DNA of 62,956 nucleotides, the filler included, from Octopus bimaculoides (taxonomy: Eukaryota): the NCBI RefSeq assembly GCF_001194135.2. It is 5 parts of 5 records of this genome, joined end to end, with 100 filler letters (N's around TTAATTAATTAA, not from the genome) between each part and the next. Parts side by side here need not be neighbours in the genome. Positions count along the whole stretch, not along the records: positions 1 to 12,236 come from NC_068983.1; positions 12,337 to 27,365 come from NC_068986.1; 3 more parts are not named here. One strand, given 5' to 3'. The notes under the pieces are model-generated. The model was given only the letters and a program-made list of their open reading frames with translations, was not told the DNA's origin and searched no databases. Positions 11,623 to 22,199 of the stretch are shown here, piece by piece. Position 1 is the stretch's first letter. Every line of letters starts with the position of its first letter. A program made the translations under genes and the position numbers.

Positions 11623-12280
11623 CAACTATCCAGCATTTAATATTTCCATTTGTCATTCACTCTCTCTCCATCTGTTGTTCCAGACATCTCTACCAGGGTG
11701 ATCATGTGCAAAACCACACAATAAATTATTTTATGTGATTGACATATATAAGTATGTCATTATGTCTGTCTGTATGTATGTTTGTTCATTTGTTCATTCT
11801 GTTTTAGTGGAGATATCTATAAATTAGTGAAATGGGGATTCTTTTCTAAAATATTGTCTGTAAAATAAAACTATTTGCTCTGTAGCTATATTTAACTTCA
11901 GATTTCTGATCACTTTGATCTTTAATTCAAGAATCTTCCTATAATATTCATCATCATTTAATCTCTGCTTTCCATGCTGGCATTGGTGTGTGTGTGTATA
12001 TATATATATATATATGTGGAGGCGCAACAACAACAATATATATATATATATATAGGTAAGTGGTAGGTTTGCCTCGATCATGACATAATATACAAAATGA
12101 CTCATTACATAACCTAAACCTCCACACTGACTCATTTCACAAGCTCCACATAATAAAACAACGGCTATCTAGTCCAACGAAAATGCTTTTTCTTGTATTT
12201 GTTGCTCCATTCTCCAAGTAAATATATATATATATANNNNNNNNNNNNNNNNNNNNNNNNNNNNNNNNNNNNNNNNNNNN

Positions 12281-12292
12281 TTAATTAATTAA
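12281..12292. other. Assembly gap filler TTAATTAATTAA (also at ~27410, ~55305, ~60892)
   Basis: The same palindromic all-frame-stop 12-mer sits in the middle of four separate N runs. Confidence 0.9.
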
Positions 12293-13099
12293 NNNNNNNN
12301 NNNNNNNNNNNNNNNNNNNNNNNNNNNNNNNNNNNNCATACATACATACATACATACATACATGCATGTATGCATGCATACATACATGCATGCATGCATG
12401 CATGCATCCATACATACATACATACATACATACATACATACATACATACATACATACATACATACATACATACATACATGAGTGAATCAGAAAGTAATGT
12501 GATTTCATTCGGATTACTTTCTGACTCACCCTCGTGTGTACATATGTGTGAGCATAATTATTGATGTATATGTATGTATGTATGTATGTATGTATATATG
12601 TATGTATGTATGTATGTGCAATGGCTTAACTGAAACTATGATCTTTGTTGCTGCTATGCGACACACTAGTTGAAAGATAAAATCAATCTAATACATCTTA
12701 TACATCGTGTGAAATCCGAAACAATATTCAGGTATTGATATCATATTCGTCAAAACAATCCGAAAGAGTTGTTATAATATTCACCTGATTAAGAGTGACG
12801 AATCAATATCTAATCATTCAAATGAATATTCGAGCATCAATATATTAATCAACAAATGTTTTATCAGATAAAGCACATGACAATCAAATATTTTTCTTTC
12901 AAAATTTTGTTAGTTATTTTATATATCAACATTTAGTAAGTTATGTATCAACATTAGTTAAGAATAGATAGCTATTCTTAACTAATGCTGCTTCCATCGC
13001 TAATAACGAATTTGTACTCTGATAGTTTGGAATTTTAGTTTTTCACATAGAATTCATATAAATAGGGTTTCATCATTATGTATTTTTTAATCTTTTATT

Positions 13100-13650
13100 T
13101 GTTTCAGTCATACTGGGGCACCACCTTGAAGGATTTTTATTCGACTAAATCGACCCCAGTACTTAAGTTTTTGCTAAGCCTGGTACTTATTCTATGGGTC
13201 TCTTTCTCTCTCTCTCTCTATATATATATATATACATACATACATACTTACATATATATATATATATATATATATATANNNNNNNNNNNNNNNNNNNNNN
13301 NNNNNNNNNNNNNNNNNNNNNNNNNNNNNNNNNNNNNNNNNNNNNNNNNNNNNNNNNNNNNNNNNNNNNNNNNNNNNNNNNNNNNNNNNNNNNNNNNNNN
13401 NNNNNNNNNNNNNNNNNNNNNNNNNNNNNNNNNNNNNNNNNNNNNNNNNNNNNNNNNNNNNNNNNNNNNNNNNNNNNNNNNNNNNNNNNNNNNNNNNNNN
13501 NNNNNNNNNNNATATATATACACACGTCAGGTTTCTACCAAATCCACTCACAAAGCTTTGGTTGGCCCAAGGCTATAGTAGAAGACACTTGCCCAGGGTA
13601 CTACGTAGGGGAACTGAACCCGGAACCATGTGGTTAAGAAGCAAGCTTCT
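13100..13650 (-). mobile_element. CORE-like tRNA SINE (family C), interrupted by microsatellite and gap
   Basis: Tail gtttcagtca..., body gtacttattctat, and CORE-like aaagctttggttggcccaaggctatagtagaagacacttgcccag...gaacccggaaccatgtgg. Confidence 0.75.
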
Positions 13651-14309
13651 TTCTCATCACACACCCATGGCTGCTGTTCCCCATTTTATTTTTTAAAAAA
13701 TAATGTTTTCATATCATAAAATGCTAAAATATGTTGCAACAAAATTTTTTTTCAAATAACAGGATTGATATCAATGACAAAAAATAAAGTTTTATATTTG
13801 CCCGCGTTAAAGAAAACCCAAAGAAAATTTTGAAGTAGATACTTTTACAGTAAAATGACAGCTTTCTTTGGAGAAAAGTGCTTTGAGAGATTGATTTAAA
13901 TTGTGTGTCAATACAAAGTAGTTTTGGAATCGTTGTAAAATATTTTTCAAACAATATTTTTTGTTGTTATTCAAACGTAAGATATATTTCATTTTACTGC
14001 AAGAAATTCCAGAGCTGAAATTCATGCAGCAACAAAATTGATAAGGTTTTTATGAAATGCTAAAAGATGGATCTAAATGGAACTGATCAATCTTTATGTT
14101 GATTTTTGAATTTATTTCGTTCTTATTATATTCAAAAGATGGTATTGAAGTTTGGTTGAAAATCAACTATTTTGTGGAGTGAGATCGGTGGTTGGCATCG
14201 GTAGCAGAGCAGAGTACAAAGTAACAAAAAAATAATGTTTTACTCATAGTGAATATTATGAAATTCAGTAATAGAAATAAATATAAAGATAGGTGATCAA
14301 GTAATTCCG

Positions 14310-14700
14310 TTTACTTGTTTCAGTCATTGGACTGCGACCAAGGTAGGACATCGCCTTGAAGGATTTAGTCGGACAAATCGACTCCAATACTTATCATTTT
14401 GTATCGGTCTCTTTTTGTCTAACTGCTACGTTACGGGAATGTAAACAAACCAACACCAGTTGTCAAACGGTGATGGAGGGTCAAACATAAAGGTACACAC
14501 ATACACATACACACACACATATATATATATACATATATGTATAAATTCATAACGAGTTTCTGTCCGTTTCCGTCAACCAATCCACTTACAAGGCTCTGGG
14601 GTTGTAGTAGAAGACACTTGTCCAAGGTGGCAAGCATTGGGACTGAACCCAACACCATATGGATAGAAATCAAACTTCATACCACATAGCTACGCCGCAC
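14310..14700 (-). mobile_element. CORE-like tRNA SINE (family C)
   Basis: Tail gtttcagtcattggactgcg through to head gactgaacccaacaccatatgg...accacatagc. Confidence 0.75.
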
Positions 14701-16819
14701 CTGTATTAATACTTTTTACCATAGCCTAACTCATTTACATCATTAGCTATCGTGAAAGAAGGCTTTAAATGATTTGATTACTTTTGCATACCAATAGGTT
14801 CTGGTTTTCTTTGATTACATTTCTTTTGGACTACGATAAATGGGCAAATTAAGCTACAAAATGGTGATTCAAATTTTGGCTATGTTTTTGCAAAGAACCT
14901 AAATTAGAGAAATTTAGAATGAAATATGAATAAAATGTTTAATGTTTTGTTTGATCATTTGTTGATCTGTGGAGAATTAATCAGAGAGAGCATTGCTCTT
15001 GACGCGGAGGCAGCATCGGAACTTCTCTCTGAGCAAGCTAGATGATCGTCTAGAGCGCCCGAATATGCGAGCCTTATACAAATTCTGAACAAATTAAACC
15101 AACCAAAAAATACAAAAATTTAGTAACAGATAGGGAAAATGAGGTTACTCATGTATCTGAGTAGACGAGACAGACGTGTGGTGTTAGAGCTTGTCGCATG
15201 CTTTTGGCGTAGAGCATTTCAAATTTTGCTAGATAGCATTTATTCAGTGATGGACTTGATCATAGCAGAAGAGATTTTTTGTTCGTAAGATGATTCCAAT
15301 TTTCTGGTGCAAACAGGCTAGTGGTTGTAGAAAAACGAGTAGAAAAAAATTGGAGAAAGGAAGCACACTGTACAGATTGGCGAAGATGGATGAATATTCG
15401 TGTGCTAGCTCTACTCAGAGGGTATCAAATTTGGCTAGATATACTTTTTGCTTTATCTAATTGTAATAAATGTTTAGCTAAGTCCTTTGTACCAGAACAT
15501 ATCTTCAGAAAACTATGATCATGTTTTTAAATTCCATAGAAATTCAAAATGAGCTTTATCTACTATCCATTCACCCAAGCACTGTCCCGTAGGTTCAAAT
15601 TTAGCCGACATATTAGTTTCTTTTTGCCATAACAAACTCTATCAAATATATACAAGTAATCTAATAAAGTGAGCAATCATAACTGTACAGGGAAGGTAAG
15701 GAATCATATGCTCATTGTTACCTTTCCTTTCAATAAATCTTTGATTTGGAATTGCACTTTGACAAGAAATAATCTAAACACTTTTTTATTTCCAATTTCT
15801 GTTCCATTGTCTATGGAGTCCGGCATTATTGTCAATATTGATTTTACGTTCTTTCAATGAATTAAGTCCATATGAAACTAGACTCGAAGTATCTAGTCTG
15901 ATATCAAAACTAAATTCTTTACTCGAAGATTTGAAGATAAACTTTGATTAGAAATCAACAGTCTATACTCTAATTAAAAATATGAAAGTTAATTACAGAT
16001 TCAGAAGATATATAACTACCATCTTAATGAAATTTCTGATGGTAAGTATACTATTAGTTGTTTACTGAAGCATAAGCTGAATGTCGTTTGCGGGGGTTGA
16101 TGCATGCTGTGATGTTCATCTGTTGACACACTAGTTACATGTTTAAAATGAATTTAAGCTGTCTGAAAGCAAAATAAAATCTCTCACGGTGCTCTGCAAA
16201 GCCAACAAATTTTATTATGAAGAAATAAGCTGCATAACATCCATGTTTGTTTCAAAATTAGTAACTTGGATATTAATTATCTTGGACCAGGATTTGAAAC
16301 CAGGTTTCACAGACTCTGCATAATGATATATAGCGACTAAGTGAATGCCAATTTTCTCCGGTTTCTCCTACAATCAATGAAATCTATTCTATTACGTTGC
16401 AGCTACTTGCAAATATAATAAAAAAAATCGATTTCAATAAGTATTCAACCCAGAAAATAGACTAGAGGAAATAAAATAGTATTTTGTTGCTCTGGTTGAT
16501 TTAATTTTACTCCAATTTGTTGTGAACATTTTCAAGATATTATAACGTAATCGTATAAGTCTTGTGTAGGTGTACTATAATATCGGCGAGTTATTGAGGA
16601 AAGTATAAGTTTCAGCTGAATTAGAAGACCAAGATGTGATTTTCTAGAATATACGTTATTTTAGTATTGAGAAGTGATTTTATAGCCTGTGCGGTTTATG
16701 GGGGGGGGGGGTAACACAGTACTTGAAAGTGTTTCTGTAGATGTCCTCTCAAGGTTTATTATACGTATTGGTATGTGATTGTGTAGCAGGTACCATATGA
16801 AGATGTCTTATAGTACTAG

Positions 16820-17173
16820 GAGATAACTTTTTAGAATGTACGTTGTGGGATCTCTATCGTCTTCTCCCTAACACTGAATTTCATAGTAGAGAAAATTCCA
16901 GCGCATGTGTTAAATCTGGACAACAACAAACATCGATACTGCAATGAATTTCTAGCTATATAGTGTAGTAGCTCTATATCGCAGAAATAGATGGGAATGA
17001 TAGCAAAAGTAATTAAGGAGCTGGACAGATTCCACTAACGATGTTTATCAAAGTCGAGACAATTTCGAACGAAGACCGCTGCAAAACATTATGGTTGGTT
17101 TTGTTTGATAGGCCGTACTTGGTACCAACCAGATATTCGGCATGCAAGAATTACAATGATGTTGACATTGGAA

Positions 17174-17204
<31 letters not shown>

Positions 17205-17400
17205 AGAGGAAATGGCTAGCACAAAAACACTTGATGCTGGATATTTTCGGCAGGACGACTAGTTAGATAATAGCAGAGAGTACTGCAGCAGATCAACGAT
17301 ACTGACGAAAACTTGCTGCCTAACCTCGAGAGGACTTCAGTTAAAATCTATACTGTGTGAGAATATTTCATAGTATTGAAAAGTGATTGCCTTATAGTAG
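16820..17400 (+). mobile_element. Highly degraded RLE-type LINE C-terminal relic (tentative)
   Basis: Plus-strand LWDLYRLLPNT...SSACVKSGQQQT resembles an eroded knuckle region and NLYCVRI resembles the RLE tail; many stops. Confidence 0.35.
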
Positions 17401-17775
17401 TGGGTGGTGATTGTATAGAATAAGTACTGGGTGGGTTGTCATCGGGGTGGTAATGATTATGCATATGTACTGGGTGATATTAAAGTAACTTTATTGCGGA
17501 AAATGACTTATGACAACAAAAATATGTTCAATTATTTCTTTGAACTGATTGGATAGGTTTTAAAAAAGGAATATTAGCTCCCAGTTTTATTGCTTTATTT
17601 TGGCAGTTTTATGTCGCTAAGCATTGAACATCTAACAAATTATCTTGCCGTATTTTGTTATATGCCCCAAAATTTTGAGTTCAAATCCCAACAGAAAGAA
17701 ATTTGCTCAACAGCTCTCCGAGATTGCTAATATAAGTACGTCCAGTACTGCAGGCGATTTAATTAGCCGAAAACT

Positions 17776-17809
<34 letters not shown>

Positions 17810-17814
<5 letters not shown>

Positions 17815-18062
17815 GTTCAGTAGTTTTATTTTTATAACGTGCTTTCACTTCACTACCGAGCGCAGCTCTGTGCGCCTTGGGTATGTGCTGTGGTTTGCTG
17901 TGGTGCTCTCATGTTTACTGTATTGAAAGTGTTTTGCGTAGAATGTGTGCAGTACCCAGTAGTGCAATTTTCTGTATGTTATATATATTTGTAAGTCCTG
18001 GTGTTTTTGTTATGTATTTGTCTGAATATTTTTTTATTATACCTAAGGCACCTACTATGATA
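17810..18062 (-). mobile_element. R4/Dong-like RLE LINE 3' end (family 3) between (TAA)n tracts
   Basis: Open frame PIIVGALGIIKKYSDKYITKTPGLTNIYNIQKIALLGTAHILRKTLSIQ* plus ~105-nt UTR; both ends abut (TTA)n. Confidence 0.85.
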
Positions 18063-18064
18063 GG

Positions 18065-18132
<68 letters not shown>

Positions 18133-18168
18133 CATCATCATCATCATCATTATTATTATTATCATCAC

Positions 18169-18234
<66 letters not shown>

Positions 18235-18257
18235 CATTATTATTATTATTATTATCT

Positions 18258-18790
18258 AGTGCATGCCATCAAAGTGACACTGGGGTAAAACATACGAAAC
18301 CCATTATACCCATCATGATTACCCGTCTGATAAGGGTACACTAGACACATGCATCACAACCATGTGTGCGCAACTTGGTGATCTCATAACAAGATAAACA
18401 GGACATCACCTTGCAGGTGGGGCCCAGTTAGAATCTTCTTCAGGTCGAGTAGCCATCCTACTCAAAAGGTCCCTGAATAAGGGTCGTTTAAGGATGTTGA
18501 ACGAAACACCCACGTTTCCGGACGTGAATTATCCAAACCCCAAAGAATTCCTCTCAACACAAGGTTATGATGTTCCCCCAATACCTCTGCTCTTGATCAG
18601 AGATGCACATATCGTCAACCACTAAAGGACATGCTCAACTGGTTAAGGTCAAACAACTGACAAGCAAATCTGTGGTATTGAACAGAATATTTGCTGTAGC
18701 CCATCTGCTATACCAATACAAAACAATGTACATGATAACACTTCCAATCAGTTAAGATGAGAAACCACGAAAGCACAGGGCATTTTATTG
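18258..18790 (-). mobile_element. Non-autonomous (TAA)n-associated repeat (family T)
   Basis: Homologous to 2815-3290 and 19063-19652; 5' end atgccctg. Confidence 0.8.
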
Positions 18791-18985
18791 TTATAATCAT
18801 TTTATTGTCTTTGCACAGCTTCTAACGCTGGAGATGTACCACGGTGTCAGCTGTTCACTACCAGTAAACTAAAGTAACACTCTATATTTTTCGAGCACCA
18901 TCCTGAGTATTCGAGTGATTCTAAGCAGTGCTGTTTTCTGCAAGTGCTCCATCCTTATTGCAGCCCCTATTTGTTCCATGTACCG
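18790..18985 (-). mobile_element. R4/Dong-like RLE LINE 3' end (family 2)
   Basis: YMEQIGAAIRMEHLQKTALLRITRILRMVLEK* plus the same UTR as 2675-2815. Confidence 0.8.
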
Positions 18986-18997
18986 TTGTTGTTGTTG

Positions 18998-19062
<65 letters not shown>

Positions 19063-19652
19063 GAGTGAGAGAGCAGTGCATGCCATCAAAGTGACACTAG
19101 GGTAAAATATACAAAGCCCAATATACCCATCATGACTACCCGTCTGATAAGGATACACCAGGCACATGCATCACAAGCATATGTGCGCNNNNNNNNNNNN
19201 NNNNNNNNNNNNNNNNNNNNNNNNNNNNNNNNNNNNNNNNNNNNNNNNNNNNNNNNNNNNNNNNNNNNNNNNNNNNNNNNNNNNNNNNNNNNNNNNNNNN
19301 NNNNNNNNNNNNNNNNNNNNNNNNNNNNNNNNNNNNNNNNNNNNNNNNNNNNNNNNNNNNNNNNNNNNNNNNNNNNNNNATTATTCAAACCCCAAAGAAC
19401 TCCTCTCAACACATGGCTATGATGCTCCCCCACTACTTCTGCTCATGATCAGCGATGCACATATCGTCAGCCACCAAGGGACATGCTCAACTGGTTAAGG
19501 TCAAACAACTGACAAGCAAATCTGTGGTATTAAGCAGAATATTTGCTGTAGCCCATCTTTTATACCAAGACAAAACAACGTACATGATAACACTTCCAAT
19601 CAATTAAGATCAGAAACCATGAGAGCCACTGCCTGGTACTGAATCAGGGCAT
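19063..19652 (-). mobile_element. Non-autonomous (TAA)n-associated repeat (family T), near full length, contains gap
   Basis: 5' atgccctgattcagtaccaggcagtggctctc..., 3' ...gcactgctctctcactc + (AAT)n. A further 3'-end fragment lies at 19790-19826. Confidence 0.8.
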
Positions 19653-19678
19653 TTATTATTATTATTAGTATTATCATT

Positions 19679-19726
<48 letters not shown>

Positions 19727-19879
19727 GTTGTTGTTGTTATCATCATCATCATCATCGTCATCATTATTTCTATCATTATTATTATTATTGAGTGAGAGAG
19801 CAGCGCATGCCATCAAAGTCACACTGTCTCATTCGGGTACAAATATACGGAACCTAATACAACCATCATATTATTATTA

Positions 19880-20170
19880 TAAGTAGTAATACCAATTAAG
19901 CACTGGTGTCAATATAATATTGGTATTTATTCCATATTTTTCTACAACATCCCATTAACACAATTTACATATTACAAAACTGATAGAAACGCATGTAGTG
20001 ATGTCGAGGAAAGTTATATAAAGCCGAAAACGTCTGAGAGACGTTACGCAATTTATTAGGGCATATAAAAAATATTGAAATTTATATAAAATAATTATAT
20101 GATTATTTAACGACACACATATAATTACATTTCTAAATAAAACCATACAGATATAATCTAAAAAAAAAAT
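19880..20170 (-). mobile_element. Degenerate PLE RT palm/thumb fragment
   Basis: ITFLDITT followed (after frameshift) by CRKIWNKYQYYIDTSA, resembling the PLE consensus I.FLDI.....YRKPT....YL...S.HP. Confidence 0.45.
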
Positions 20171-21094
20171 AGGCAAGATCTCTGTGTCATTTTGCCTCTC
20201 TAACACAAGTGCTTTTATATAATGATCAACACATTTCCTACCACCCTATCCCTGTTTACAGAAGTCGGTCGCAGTTCCAGTAATAAATGGAATTAAAACA
20301 TGTTAAATCTGGTTAGCTTTTGTGTTTAATTTGAAAGGTCTGTTGGTCTAACTTGCCTGTTATTTTTTTTCCATATTTTTAACTTGATTAGTATTTATTA
20401 TGACTAATCGAATATGTCTAATTTCATGTGTTATTTTCTCGATCGATTTTCTTTTACGGTTTTTAATTGAAGCGGTTATTATTTTTAAACAGATTAGTTT
20501 CTTTGTTTAGCTTGCTGGGTTAATGTGTTTACCCTTTTAGGTTGACGTGTTACAAAAAGCAGCTTACACTACACATATGCTACAACCCATTCATTCTGCA
20601 GCAAGTGAACTACACAAGCTGCCGTCACTCGTTCCCACTCATACAGTTTAGTCACATGACGATGAGCTTGTAACCTGGAAAAGATAATCATAGGAAGCAA
20701 CAGCAAAACTGTTATTGATTAGGGGCAACAAATGAGAGTGGGGAATTATCGATATATTCTTTTAATATTCACTACAATCTATTGATTCGTTGAATGGAAG
20801 GTTATTTAAGATTTCATTTATTGCGGCGGTCTTTGATGAAAACGCAATGAGAGGTGATACATATTTACAAAGTAAGGTGCTATTATTGGTTGTTGTTGTT
20901 GTTGTTTTAGAGGTGAGGGTGGAGTTAATTGGTGGAATTTCATGTGTGTGTGTGTATTTATGTACTTTTGAATTTACAAACGAAAAGAAATAAGAGGAAA
21001 ATACTGAATTTATAAAATAGAATTTACATCTTTTTATATTTCAAATTAAAAATGTGTGAGCATATGTATGTTTGTATGTATGCATGTAAGCTTG

Positions 21095-21125
<31 letters not shown>

Positions 21126-21775
21126 AAATGGTAAATGAGTATATGCATATATACGTACAGGCATGTGCGTACCGACATCCACCTGTATGTATAGGTGCAT
21201 ATCTGGGTACAGGACATTGCAAACAAAACGTAGACGAGAATTCACACAACCCACATAGAGAACATTCTACTTCATCAGCTACCCCCGTTTTAACACCGGC
21301 GTTTCGAAGAGCTGGGCAGACAAGACAGGATAACAAACAGAAAAGGCTTTACGGCCAGACGAGAAAAATTATTTGTGTATGAACGCTGTGAGGCACGAAC
21401 TTGAAAGGGACGAAGTAGTTACGCGTGTTTGCTCGGCGATAGCCAAGGAAGAAAAGGATTATTGACCGGAAGCATGTGACCATGCCGGTGTAAGGGGAAG
21501 AGAGAGAGTGGTAGAGGGAGAAACAAAGGGAGGAAGTAGAAGAATAGGTGAGCAACTAGAGGAAAAGAGAAAGAGAGGAAGTACGAGGGGGGAAAAAAGA
21601 GATACGTAGAAGTAACAGAGGAAGAACGAGAGGGGTAAAGCGAGATACGTAGTAGTAAAGAGGAAGAACGAGAGGGGGAAAAATGATAGAGGAAGAGAAA
21701 GAGATAGAGTAGCGTCGGAAAATATAAGTTTACACACATGCACATACACATGCACACACACATGCACACATATAA

Positions 21776-22006
21776 GGCGGCGAGCTGGCAGAAACGTTTG
21801 CACGCCGGGCGAAATGCTTAGCGGTATTTCGTCTGCCGCTACGTTCTGAGTTCAAATTCCGCCGAGTTCGACTTTGCCTTTCATCCTTTCGGGGTCGATT
21901 AAATAAGTACCAGTTACGCACTGGGGTCGATATAATCGACTTAATCCGTTCGTCTGTATTTGTTTGTCCCCTCTGTGTGTAGCCCCTTGTGGGTAGTAAA
22001 GAAATA
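21776..22006 (+). mobile_element. SINE family A, full length, Tx1-like tail
   Basis: Head ggcggcgagctggcagaaacg (A box) and gagttcaaatt (B box); central ttcatcctttcggggtcgat; tail tttgtcccctctgtgtgtagccccttgtgggtagtaaagaaata; flanked by acacatgcacac-type duplication. Confidence 0.9.
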
Positions 22007-22199
22007 ACACATGCACACACATGCATATACACATGCACACACACATGCACACATATACACTCGCACGTACAAACACATATATGTACACACATAGACGATG
22101 TTTTGAGACTGATACTACTGCTGGTTACCTGCCGCGCTAAAAGAGATTTGTGATTATTTGATTAGGTTGACTCGTGCACTTCTATCTACATAATTTCTA

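Noticed and set aside
12281-12292. Palindromic TTAATTAATTAA recurring four times
   Set aside because: Always centred in N runs, so it is an assembly filler rather than a biological motif.
15999-16041. Possible 43-nt exon (ttacag|...gatg|gtaagt)
   Set aside because: The donor is strong but the acceptor lacks a pyrimidine tract; no homology or partner exons recognised.
18430-18530. CTGAAGA and GAAAC within family T (minus strand)
   Set aside because: GAAAC is sequestered in its own gaaac/gtttc hairpin; no stem II or NUH geometry.
21265-21315. Minus-strand GAAAC...CTGATGA pair (type II hammerhead order)
   Set aside because: The cleavage position would be G and stems I and II do not pair convincingly.
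21776-21870. tRNA genes at SINE heads (also 4930, 42674, 51655, 59608)
   Set aside because: Only A/B-box remnants are present with no cloverleaf, and they continue into SINE bodies.
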